Assembly (NCBI RefSeq): GCF_008831285.2 | Contig: NC_045138.2 | Location: forward strand, 11,656,001 to 11,720,000 | Direction of reading: 5' to 3' | Source: Nymphaea colorata | Lineage: Eukaryota | Length of the DNA: 64,000 nucleotides | Part shown: one piece after another, positions 1-12,711 of the stretch | Layout: each line of letters starts with the position of its first letter | How positions within the stretch are numbered: position 1 is the first letter of the stretch | Notes under the pieces: generated by a model | Told to the model about the DNA's origin: nothing | The model's input: only the letters and a program-made list of their open reading frames with translations | Databases searched by the model: none | Made by a program: the position numbers and the translations under genes

Positions 1-3000
1 CAATCAGTATCACAATGCGAAGGGCTCCCTCTAGGAATATCTAGTACTTTCAAATTCATGATTATATTTCAGGCTGAACATAACATCCTTACACATCCAA
101 TTCCATATGTTAGGATGAAAATGGTTGATGTAGTTAAATAGGAGGATCAATATGACTATAGCCTTTTGGTAGATTTATCAAAGAAGAAGACCATTTCATT
201 TTGGTAGGCTGGTCCAGTCCATTGCTCTTCCCTTATACTAATTTCACTTTAGGAGGGTGGTTCACAGGTTCAAGCTTTATAACTTCATGGTATACCTATG
301 CATTGGCAAGTTCTATTTGGAAGGCTGAAATTTCCTAACCACTACAATTTCTACCCCTATTAATAGTTCAACCCATTCTTTATTGCTGCTATGGAGCTTG
401 GAAGCACAAGGAGATTTTACTCTTTGGTGCCAAGTAGGCAGTCCTATGGACTATTGTTGCTCTCCAAGGCGCTTTCGAACTAATAGGCTTCATATTACAT
501 CAATTTCAACTAGCTTGATCTGTTCAGATGAGATCTTATAACGTAATCACATTCTCTGGTCCAATTGTGGTTTTTGTTTCCGTATTCCTGATTTATCAAC
601 TAGGTCAGCATGGCTTGTTCATTGCACCTAGTGTTGGTGTAGCAGCTTATTTGAGTCCAGCCATTTAATCCAATGGTTTCATGGACTTTGAACCCATCTC
701 ATATGATGGGCTGGAATATGAGTGATGCTCTGCTATGGGCTTGTCGTGGTGCTACTATAAAAAATACTTATTCTAGGATGGTGATAGCGCAAATACATTC
801 CATGCCTTTAACCCAGCTGAAGCTGGAGAGACCTAGTTTATAGTCACAAATTTTTGGACTTGCTTTCTCCAATAAATGTTGGTTACATTTCTTTATGTTA
901 TTTGTACTAGTCACTTGTTTACAGATGAGTGCTCTTGAGGTAGTTGGTCCATCTTTGAACCTATGTGAAATTGAATCCATTTAGGTTGAATGGCACAGTG
1001 CTGATACCTAAAGTGGTGAACCATATACCTACAACATGCCAAGCAGCTAGGAAGAAGGGACGAGAGACCATAGAACTCCTTGGATCATCTAGTACAGATC
1101 ATCCAATTCACAATTTTTTTTCCTTCAGAATTGAATCCATTTAGGTTGCATGATAACATATAAGTACCTTATACGCCAATCTAGTTGATCCACATTTTTC
1201 GGTTTGGGCAATAGTTGTACATATGCCTCACTTCTTTCTTGGCATAAACCCTAGGCAAGCTCTGCGAATTAGTGGATTTTAAATATTTTACTCACAATTT
1301 TTCATTCCAGATTATCTACACTACATGCTAACGCATTAAAACTCACGATAACAAGCCTATAACCTAACTGAATATGCCGTGGAAACAATGAGGGCTTTTT
1401 GTACTACGTTCATACTTTTCATGAAATTTAGAGTTGAATCATTACTATGGCGACACCAATTTACGCATACACAATTGATTTATATGCATGCTTGATTGAA
1501 TTACATATCAACAGGAAACAAACGTATCACACAAGGCTAATCAAAGATTACAAGTAACATGCATATTATATCTGGCAATTCTAAACCAACACATAATTAT
1601 GCATGCCTACAGAAACTAACATGTACATTCTGAACAATGAGACATGGTGCACCCCTGAAAGGTGTGTAGGATACAGAGGACCATTGTGCAGTTTATGGCC
1701 ACTACAAAACGAGTACCAAGAATATAAATAACTTGGAGTAACCCAGCCATGACTCTAGCAAGAGGTGTCAATTTCAGCATAGCTGTTGCAGTAGCAAAGT
1801 CCCAAATTCTAGCACCATTGGACAGGGAACAGGTTCTCGTTAGTAGCCTGGGGGACAACTCCTTTATATCTACAGAACTCTAGACCTGTGCACCACCCAT
1901 CGAACTCTTTTATAGCAAGCTTGGCTAGCATCTAGTCGGTTATCGGTTTCATCAATACATCTCATATTTTATGATAGAAGGGCATTACCCACGTCATGCA
2001 TTCTTCACTATGCTCTTTCATTTCCTGTTATCTTCCATGCCATGTAAGGATGATTGGGGTCGCCACCTCAAGTTCTTTTTTCAATCAAAGTCATTTTCCC
2101 CTCTCATGTTCAAACAGTAAATCAATACACAAATAAAGGATGGCCAGACTGGGTGATGAGACTATGCTTGTCAGGTCGACTCAATAGAAGATTCAAACTA
2201 AATGACAATGCTGACCTTGACAAACTGAAGAGTCCCTATAGGATAACACTGAAAATGAAAATTCTAGATGATTTTTGACACAGGAAAACAATGATTCTTT
2301 TAAAAAAATCATCCAGTTTTTTAATGAAAATTTTGCACATAGTATTGTTGAAATGTGATGCAAACATGTAATGAAACAAAGCACACAAAAAGCTTCAAAC
2401 AGAACTGCATAATGACCCTGCTCTATCATGCGAATGTTTGAAAATGGCTTGGTCACCTAAAATAGATATATGGGGATTTAAAATCAAGTTAAACCAATGC
2501 AGGATCCAGAAAGTTGGGATCCATTCTGTTGATACGAAGCCTGATTGTTCTTAACACTTTTATCAGGAGTAATCAAACTAATGACAAAACTAGACATTTA
2601 AGCCATCTAAGCACTAAATGTCACCTATATCCTATATATAATAAACAAACATGCTCTAGATTTTGGAGAAAGTTTCAACATAAAATCTGTGTCGATCTTA
2701 GAAGATTAGGGTTTGTGAATTACATGGAGTTCATAAAGAGTGATTGTTCAACCCTAGCTGATTGCAAATCCATATAAATGTGGATCTAACCTAGAATACA
2801 TGCAACTAGGAATATCCATGATCACGACTTGGTCTCTAGGGGTTTGGGTTTTGGGCATGGTCCTATTCAGATTCAATTTGAACCAGAATTTGATATCAGA
2901 TTTGTAGTCATGTGCATGTTCAAAGTCAAAGTGTGCATTTATAAGTGGTAATTTATAAAGGGTGAACTTACAAATACTAAAGTAGCTTTATTAATCTTTT

Positions 3001-4959
3001 CAGTGCTTTCTTAGATCAGAATACAAATTATTCTCACGATTCACATAGTAATTACAGATAGGCTGATGTTGGATGCTTCTTAGGTTCACCATTCATCTAT
3101 TTGCTTATATTTTTTTAAATGTTTGGGTATGAGGAAGGAGAGAATAGACATGTAACGTTTTGGAGAACATTGTACACTATATGATTCCTTGATTTTTAAT
3201 TTGGCTTAATTTTCAGTTTAGGTTGCTTATAAATTTGTTAAATGCCACTTATTTTAGCTTCGGATTCATTTTTCTTAACTTTTTTGGATCTATTTGTCAA
3301 GTTGTAGTTGAAGAAGGGAAGTCAATTTTTTTTAATGACTGCATTTTTCTGTTTATTGCATAATGTGCACTATATTTGAAATTGGAGTAAAAGTATATAG
3401 AGTGCATTAAAATTCTGGTTTTTAGGAACTGTTTACTTCCAAATGTGAAGAACAAAGACCAGCTTTTATTTCAAAAAAATCTATTTCAACAAATTTGTTC
3501 TTTTACCTAGCTTCTTAAGTCTGTTAAAGACATCAGAATTTTTTGCAAAAGGTAGGAAAAGAGTTTTAGGTTGGTTCATGAGTCTTTAGAAAGTTAATTT
3601 CATATTTGGAGCGTGTCTGCATATTTTCTAGACTTTTACGTGTGTAAAACTAGAGATATTGTTTTTTTCCTGGTCCTGGTTTCTATCTAGCAAAAACAGA
3701 ATCTTGAAATTCATGTTTTCTGAATCAGATTTCCTTAATTTTAATTTTCTAGAAAGAAAAGATATTTCCAAACTTTTTGTACCGGATTTTTCCTCAACAG
3801 TGTTAGTTTGTTTATTTATCTTTGATTTTAGGGAGCCTTCTTCTCTGTCATTTCTCAAAGGCTCCTGAATCTGTTTGCCTACTGGTTCTGGGAATTTTAG
3901 GAACTTGCAAGTAAAATTGCAGGGCGAGGAATAGTAAAACTTTTTTTTTCCCTTTGCTTGTATTTTCTTGTGTGCATTGTCAAAGAAATAACCTTTAACC
4001 ATATATTGTGAGCTGATCTTTGAAATTAGTCAGTTGCTTGACTAACAACAAAGGTTAGATAGGCGAGAAGTCACCTAACCCATTGAAAATTGTCAAATAG
4101 GAATAAAAGAACCTAAACCCACTTTTCTCTGGGTTCTCTTCTGAATCTAGGCCTTCCTTAGTTTATGAAATTTTAGAGAGGCAATTTTTCTCCATCACTT
4201 TCATATTTTCCAGTGACAAATCAAACGGGAGAGTCCAAAAAGGTTAAGCATGCGGAAGGGAATCTTTAGAGTGGAGGGAGAGTCATCAAGCTTCCATGGA
4301 ATGACATTCTAGAGTTGAATAGTGATGAGTTAACTAACATATTAGTGTATTAGACTGGATTACCTTTGTATCCTATTTAGTTAGCTTTTGCATGGTATTT
4401 CTTATTTTTATATTTTTTTTTGGTAGAATAGGCCACATGGCTTCACTACGCTTCAAAGCGTTAGTACCAGCTATAGGACACATGAAACTTCTTTGAAGAC
4501 TCTCATGTAGAGAATTTAATTGAAGATTATATGGAGAATTCTTGAGGACTTCACATGTCAGGTTGTGTCATTCCTTGCCCCTGATTCTTCCGGTTTTCAT
4601 GCCTCTTGTAATATAAAGGCATAAGCATGGTGCTAAGGACAACAACGTTCTAAAACACAAGGAAGGGGGTGGTGTCCATCAATTTCTTGTGTCCATGTTC
4701 TAGTTTGTTTAAAAACTTACGAAATTAAGGTGTAAAAATTCAATTCTTTTGCATGGAATGTTTTTATGAAAGTCTTTCTAATTTAAGAATTTTTAAGCCC
4801 ACTTGATTTTTTTTTTCAAAATTGCTTTGGAATAAGTGGCTGTTTATATGGATTTTAAAGTGTTTGATTCTCATTGGAAAATTACCTCTAGTGTTTTCCA
4901 CGTAAAAAAATATATATATATAAAAGGGAAACATATGGTCAGGTAGTTGCAGACTAGTG

Positions 4960-7330
4960 TAGCTGTTCTGTTTTCCAAACTGGACATGAATGTTTGTCTA
5001 AGTTATGTTGTGTCTCGGCAAGAGGCTTTATTTGTGAAATCAGGGACAATCTAGTTGTTTCACCTGGACGAATAGGAGGAAGGAGGGGTAGTTGGTGCAA
5101 TGCAAACTGGATTGGGCTTTCGCTAATAGGGGATGGGAGAGCAATGGGGATTTGTCTATGGTGACAACGTACATAGCCAGAGCCTCGTCTGATCACAGAG
5201 CTGCTTTGGTTGACATTCGAACTTTGAATACTCTGGTGTAGAAGAAATCTGAGTTCTGTTTCTGCAGAATATGGACTAAATCTCGGGAGGTAGAAGACTT
5301 GATTAAGGCGGAGGGGGCAGCCAGGGGTACAGGCGATCCTATGAAGTCCCTTCTCCATAAGCTCAAAAATGGTGGGAGGAAACTTAAGCACTGGAATTGG
5401 AATCACTTGGGGTTTCTGTCGGAGAAAATCAAGCAACTTCAAGCAAGTTTGGAGATCTTGCAGCAACGGATAGAGATGGGGGAAGAAGATGCACAGGTTG
5501 ATGACCAATCCGTCAAACAGCAACTACAGCACTGCTATGACATGCATGAAGTTTTTTGGCGAGATATGGCCAAGGTAAGATGGCTAAGAGAGGGAGACAG
5601 GAATACTCAATTTTTCCAAACAGTGCCACATGCTAAAGATAAGAAAAGCCAGATAAAAGCCATGGTGATTGCAGGCAAGCGTCATGACCCCATAGATGAT
5701 ATCCTCAAGGCTGAGGCTGATTACCTTCACAATTTTCTATACAACGATGAAACAGAATGAGCGCTTTTTGAAGATATGGAAGAGGGGCTTAAGATGTCAG
5801 TTGTACAAAACTAAACAGCTCAAGGCGTCACTATTGGGGGGAATCAAGAAGGCAGGTTTTGGCATGGATAGTGGTAGTGCAGCTGGTCTGGATGGTTAAC
5901 CTAATTATTTCTTTCAGAAATAGTGAGATGTGTTAGGCAATGATCTTTCCAAATCTGTGGTCAAAATCTTCAAAACAAGCAAAATGTCCAGGGAGGTCAA
6001 CCAAACGAACATGGTATGTAGAATGAGGGACATCTTACTCAGAATCATTGATGCTAGTCAAGGAGCTTTTCTTCATGGACGGCATGGCATATCCATGAAA
6101 AAATTGTTTTTGAGCAGCATTTGATTAACTGGATCATTAACAACGAGAAGAAGATAGCGTGCCTCAAGTTGGATCTCTCCAAAGCCTACGAAAGGGTATC
6201 GTGGCCTTTTTTTGAGAGCATCCTTAGAGTTATGGGGTTTGATGAGTGTTCCAGAAAATTATTGAGTGTGTGCAGTCTTTCGGATTAACAGAATGGAGCG
6301 TGTTTATTTTGTTCCTAAGAGGGGTTTGAGACAAGGGGACCCTCTGTCCTCATACCTATTTCTTATTTTCATGGAGGTTTTGATAGACATTTTAAGTCCT
6401 TGGCCAACAATGAGGGGATTGGGGTGCCGAGAGGTCCTCTCAGATTCTCCTTTAAGGGGATCATTATATATGTTGACAATGTACTATCTTCTCTTATGTT
6501 GAACTGTGCTATATGGATAGGTTTCAGGAATTCCTAGACGAAGTGAGAAGAAGCTCAGGCCTACTAATCAATAGAGAGAAATCCAAGTTGTTTGGCATTA
6601 ACATAACTAATGATAGGAGTCTCCTACTGGTAGGGCGTTTGGAATGCAAGAGAGATAGTTTGCCTTCTCCTTATTTAGGCCTTCCCCTCACCAATGGGAG
6701 GGTGTCAGACGGGTTGTCCTGCCCCTTTATTGAGCGGGCTGGAAAACTAACCTCCTTTCATATGGGGGTAGGTATGCCTAATCAAATATAACATGGTGTC
6801 GATCATTAATTACTGGATGCAAACGTATAAACTATCCCAGTCCACTATATCCAAAGAGAAACTTATGAGCAACTTTCTATGGCCGACTGACGACAATGAA
6901 AGGAGGAAGCGCCATTTGATTGCTTGGTCGTAGCTTTGTGCTCCGACTGAGGAGGGAGGTGTTGGTATGAAACAGCTTCACGAGTGGAATAAGGCCCTGG
7001 TTGCTAGTCAAACATGCCATTTGATGAATACTAATGACGGTGGATGGAAGTGGTTTCAGGGCAGGTACTTCAATAGAGGTAAAGGGCTTCAGTTAGGAGG
7101 GAGTATCTGGAAAGATGGGTGCTACTGGTGTAATATGGGATGAGGTTGGACTCTCATCTAAAACATAGTCAAACGGAAGGTAGAAGATGGCTGCAAAGTC
7201 CTTTTTTGAACTGACAATTTTCTTGGCACTCCCATAATCGACAGATATGGAGAACGAGTGTTGGAAGTTACGTTGTGTCTCAAAGCCTTCTAGGTTTGAG
7301 CAAGTAAGTTTGAGGAGTGTACCTTAAGGA
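4960..7330 (+). mobile_element. Decayed L1-type LINE (ORF2 endonuclease C-terminus and reverse transcriptase fragments)
   Basis: Motifs occur in the expected order across broken frames: [84 protein letters not shown]. Many stops and frameshifts; ends approximate. Confidence 0.88.
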
Positions 7331-8383
7331 TCTAGGAATTGCATGTCTAATGCTCATTACACCCACCCAGTAGAAAGCCTAATACAAACACCATTGCCCA
7401 TATGTGGCCCCACCTTGGCCTGCACCCGTTTCACCGCCACTTGGCCCGGACACTATCGACCACAACTAGCAAGTGTTGGCCAATGCCTTGATGAAGGCTA
7501 TCTGATCTGGACCTTGGCAAGGGTCCAAATCCTTCTTGTACCTTGCTCTGTATCCATCTTCAGTGGTACACTTCCAGCGTCAACAGGAGGCTAGCTCTGC
7601 CACAAGCCACTTAGCACCCGTCTACATTAGGTTTGACCGGGACCAACACCCGTACATGTGGACCTATAGCCATGGAAATGCTTTAAAGAAACAACAGGTC
7701 GCTGCTTCTATGACCGAGACCTCCCTTGGCAACTGTCCCAAATTGAGGCTTCATCTTTCCCAGCAGATCATCTTAGGCAGACATTCATATCCCTAAGTTC
7801 CTATACTGATTGGAAATTTTGTAAAATGATCTTTTCAACGAGCTATTATATGTCTTGATCGGAGCTCAAACGATGGAGATATCATTAATTTACTATGGCT
7901 GACTGTGCACCAGCTAGAACTTGTCACTGCAGACAGAACTGGCTGAAATATGTGGTCTTTCATTTTCTGAGGGCCATAACTCCGTGCACTGGTGTCGAAA
8001 CACTATGAAATTCGGGGAGCGTATATATGATATCAATATCTTCTCGAATCCCTAGAAACATAGCCGAGAAAACTTGTGGGGATCTCAATCCTTGATCCCA
8101 TTGTCCACCTAATCGTTCACTACAAAGTTTTCATTTCCCATATTCTTTTCCTTTAAATTTGACAAATGTGAAGTCACCCATACTGTTGAAGTTTTTTCTT
8201 TTTTTCTCTTGAAAGCAACTTCCATCTCAATAGAGCTAGAAGACAAAACTTACTACTTGAATAGAATGAAATAAAACCTATACACATAAACACATGAAAA
8301 TAATTCAAATGCATGAATTATAAACGTTTGAATGTAGATGCATACAACTAAACTGAAAATCAATTTAACTAAAACATCAGGCA

Positions 8384-8789
8384 TGTTCCCCTGTGTTTGG
8401 GAGTCTGTACAATCCTTTGCTTTATTTTGCATTGTGCTTCCTTTGCTTATGTTGAGTCATTTGCTTATGCATGTTTACTTGTAAGGAAGTACTTTTCCAC
8501 TGGTCTAAGTGTCAAGTATTGAGATTTCTTGTTTTGGGTGGTCGGTATGGGAATCATGTAAGAGGCCTCGGCCATCCTATATAAGTAAAGTCAAGATCAT
8601 TCTCCTTGCTTATCTTTCTCGTGATGTACTAATTTTTCAAGCAAATACATTGCGAGATTTCTTTATTCACAAGCATTCTTTATACACCTGTTTTCTCAAA
8701 CTACTTTTGCGCCCCGTTCAGCGGTTTGAAGGCTTGCGGCAATCAGGTTCTGGCCGCGCAGCACGGGCCGAAGTTGTCAGCCCGTGACA
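8384..8789 (+). repeat. 5' LTR of the Gypsy chromovirus
   Basis: TGTTCCCC...CGTGACA; about 28 substitutions versus the 3' LTR by manual count (~7%). Confidence 0.93.
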
Positions 8790-8975
8790 ACTAATATCAG
8801 AGCCCAGGTTCGACTCAATCTGAAGAAGCAGTTGGATAGTCGGTGTAGAACTACACACCGATGATCGTTGATCGAAAGAGACCTCCGACGATCGTTGATC
8901 GAAGAGGAATAAGCCCTGGCGACTTAATACAATCTGCGAAATGCCAAGGGCAAGGGGGTAGCCCATTCTGACTAG

Positions 8976-11900
8976 ATGGGTACATCACAGGGTCAGGAAG
9001 ACCTGACCGAGATGGTGAACAAGCTGGCTATCGACATAACTACTCATGAAGAAGCGTTGGGTAATGCAGCTGAGTCCTTCGGGGAAATGAAGGACGAGAT
9101 GAAGGTACTGTGGGAACAAGTGGCCGACCTAGTGGCCATGAATCGGGCACTGACTGACACAGTGACCGCGTTCCAGGCTGAAGTCAAGGAACTTCAAGTA
9201 AAGAACCGCACACTACAGCGGCAGATCTTTGTAGGTGGAGGTGACGATCGGCCAGCGATGGTCGACGTTCAGAGACCAGCTAAATACAACGGAATTCGGG
9301 ATAGTCGAGTGATCGACAACTTTTTATTCCAAGTAGAGTATTACCTGGACTTGCAAGGCGTTATGGGGGATGACCTTCAAGTCAAGACTGCGGCTATGTT
9401 GCTAGAGGGCAATGCTGTGGCATGGTGGAGAAGGAAAATACTCGACATTCAGAAGGGGATTTGCACAATAGACACTTTCGATGATTTTCAGCGAGAGTTA
9501 AGAACTTACTTCATGCCCCCGAATGCGACACGCCATGCCTATCAGATGGTTGGTGAACTGAAACATATCGGATCCTTGCGAGATTACGTGAGGGCCTATC
9601 AAAGGCTGATGTTAGATGTGCCAGATATGCAAGAACAAGATAAATTGAACTGGTTTATTTTGGGACTTCAAGTCGTTGGCACAATCCGAAGTGGAAAGGA
9701 GTAATCCAGAGACCTTGAAGGATGCTTATGTGGTAGCAGAGCGTTTGGCTTATACTCAGCGCAAGAGCTACACTAACGCCTTCAAGTTGTTGAAGAAGCC
9801 TGACCATGGAGGAAAGAAAGAGGATCGAAGGGAACGGAAAGATGAACCATCAACTCAGCGCCAAGTCGAAAGAATAACTTTCTTTCGCAGAAACGACAAC
9901 TCTCAGAATAGAGTGTTGAAATGTTGGTTTTGCGATGGTAATCACTTAGGGAGGCAATGTCCAAAGCATGTAAACAGGGACAATCAAGGAAGCTCTTCAA
10001 GGCAATATACTAATACGGCACAAGCTGAAAAAGGGGAAGGACCAAAGATGGGTGCACTTCAACTTCTGAACACCATAAAAAGGGAGGAAAAAGTGAAGGT
10101 GACAACGACACCTTCTAACGAGGTCATGTACTTGGAAATCCTGGTAAATGGAAGGTCTACCCTGGCTATGGTAGACACGGGAGCCACACATAACTTTGTC
10201 TCAGTCGAAGAGGCGAGGAGACTAGGCCTAACCCTTGAAAGGGGAGAGTTACGCATGAAGGCGGTGAACTCAGAGGCCAAACCCATCCACGGAGTGGCCC
10301 GTGATGCGGTTGTGAAGATTAAGAGTTGGTCAGGAAGGGCCAACTTCTCGGTGGTCTCGATGGATGATTTCTGGATGATCCTAGGCATAGAGCTCCTCAG
10401 TACAGCGAAAATGGTTCTAATGCCGTACCTACGCAGTATCAGTATCATGGATGAGAAGTCCCCTTGTATGGTTCCAATAACATCGATAAAGAGGGATAAG
10501 GGCAAAGCCGCAATGATATCTGCCCTTCAGTTGAAGAAAAGCCTCAAGCACGGCGAAGAGACATACTTGGTGGCAATCAGGGAAGTGACTAATGACTCCC
10601 CTGGTTTGCTCCTAGAGGCGCTTACACATGTCTTAGCGAAATTCGCAGGAACAATGCCTACGGAGCTCCCTAGACTGCTGCCACCTCGACGCGAGGTGGA
10701 TCATGCCATCAAACTCCTTCCTGGTGCCAAACCCCCGGCAATGGCACCATATCGAATGGCCCCTGCAGAATTAAAAGAACTTCGGCGATAGTTGGACGAG
10801 ATGCTAGCTGGAGGTATAATCAGACCCTCCAAAGCTCCTTTTGGTGCACCAGTGTTATTCCAAGCGAAGCATGACGGCTCCAAAAGGCTATGTGTGGATT
10901 ATCGGGTGTTGAACAAGGTAACGGTGAAGAACAAGTACCCCTTACCTTTGATTGCAGATCTGTTTGATCAACTGTGCGAAGCTCAAGTGTTTTCCAAGTT
11001 AGACCTCAGATCAGGATATTGGCAAGTTCGGATTGTTGACGGCGACGAGCCAAAGACTACTTGCGTCACTAGCCACAGATGCGCGACGACATTGAAGCCT
11101 ATGTGAAAACATGCTTGATCTGTCAGCAGGACAAGGGAACAAACCAGAAGCCTGCCGGTCTCTTGGAGCCTCTTCCTATTCCAGAACGTCCATGGGAATG
11201 CCTCTCCATGGACTTCATCGTCAGCTTGCCCAAAGTTGATGGCTTCAGCTCCATCATTGTGGTTGTGGATAGATTTTCAAAGTATGCCACCTTCATCCCA
11301 GCCTCTAAAGAATGTCCCGCGAAGAAGACAACAGAGTTGTTCGTGAAGCATATAGTTAAGCATTGGGGCATACCGAAAAGCATTGTCAGTGATCGAGATG
11401 CTCGCTTCACAGGAAAATTTTGGCGCGAAGTATTTCGTTTGTTGGGTTCGGATTTATTATTCTCAACAAGTTTCCACCCTCAAACGGACGGCCAGACTGA
11501 ACGAATCAACGGATTGTTGGAACAATACATTCGACACTATGTCAGCGCGAATCAAAAGGATTGGGTGAAATTGTTGGATGTAGCTCAATTTTGCTACAAT
11601 TTGCAGAAGAGCGAGTCTTTTGGACATAGTCCATTCGAAATAGCCACTGGACAACAACCGTTGATGCCGCATACACTTGCAGCCCAAGAAAAAGGAAGAC
11701 CCACTTTTGCCTACCAGTTCGTTCGTGATTGGCAGAAACAGACGGGAATGACTAAGGCGTTCTTACACAAGGCCGCCAAAAAGATGAAAAAGTTTACAGA
11801 TCGGAATCGAAGGTCAATGGAATTCCGAGTGGGTGATCAAGACCTCGTGAAACTCTATCCTGATCGCACGGGCATTTTTCGTGGTCGACACAGGTCATTG

Positions 11901-12289
11901 ATCCGCAAGTATGAGAGACCCTTCACAGTCCTGAAGAGAATCAGAAAGCTAGCCTACAAGCTAGACTTGCCGCCAGACTTTAAGGTGCATTTAGTGTTCA
12001 TGTTTGTAACCTGAAGCCCTTCTATGTCGATGAGGAAGACCCCGAGAGAAGCGTTCCAGAACGAGACCCGATCCTGCAGCGAGCCCCGTCGACCAAGCAA
12101 GCGGCGGACCGTCAAATGGAAGAGATTCTTCGGCACAAGACAAACTATTTTGGGGAGCCGAAGAAGTACCAAGTGAAGTGGATAGGCGAACACAACCCCA
12201 CCTGGGAGTATGCATTCTGCATGAAGCAGCGCTACCCGCTGGAAGTCAAGGCCTATCATGAAACTGTTGGCATTGAGGACGACGCATGA
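8976..12289 (+). pseudogene. Disrupted Gypsy gag-pol (gag, CCHC knuckle, protease, RT N-terminus, integrase, chromodomain)
   Basis: ORFs 8976..9704, 9676..10791 (CWFCDGNHLGRQC; DTGA), 10792..11106 and 11079..12014, then EEILRHK...KYQVKWIGEHNPTWE. Frameshifts, an in-frame TAG at 10789, and loss of RT core and RNase H. Confidence 0.9.
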
Positions 12290-12305
12290 CTTGAAGGGGG
12301 GAGCC

Positions 12306-12711
12306 TGTTCCCCTGTGTCTGGGAGTTTGTACAGTCTTTTGCTTTGTTTTGCATTGTGCTTCCTTTACTTATTTTGAATCATTTGCTTATGCATGTTTAC
12401 TTGTAAGGGAGTACCCTCCCACCGGTCTAAGTGTCAAGTATTGGGATTTCTTGTTTTGGGTGGTCGGCATGGGAATCCTGTAAGAGACTTCGGCCATCCT
12501 ATATAAGTAAAGTCGAGATCATTCTCCTTGCTTATCTTTCTCGTGATGTACTAATTTTCCAAGCGAATACATTGTGAGATTTCTTTATTCACAAGCATTC
12601 TTTATACACTCGTTTTCTCAAACTACTTTTGCGCCCCGTTCAACGGTTTGAAGGCTTGCAGCAATCAGGTTCTTGCCGCGCTGCACGGGCCGAAGTTGTC
12701 AGCCCGTGACA
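12306..12711 (+). repeat. 3' LTR of the Gypsy chromovirus
   Basis: Direct repeat of 8384-8789, preceded by the PPT. Confidence 0.93.

Larger units (their letters stand above)
8384..12711 (+). mobile_element. Ty3/Gypsy chromovirus LTR retrotransposon (Galadriel-like), internally deleted and non-autonomous
   Basis: 406-bp TG..CA LTRs at 8384-8789 and 12306-12711; TSD AGGCA/AGGCC; degenerate Met-tRNA PBS (taatatcagagcc); PPT gaaggggggag; order gag, protease (VDTGATHNF), truncated RT, integrase, chromodomain. Confidence 0.93.

Noticed and set aside
1..4900. Possible host gene or classifiable TE in the first 5 kb
   Set aside because: Only short ORFs with no recognisable motifs. A short direct repeat (ATTGAATCCATTTAGGTTG at about 970 and 1130) and LTR-like composition are not enough to classify it.
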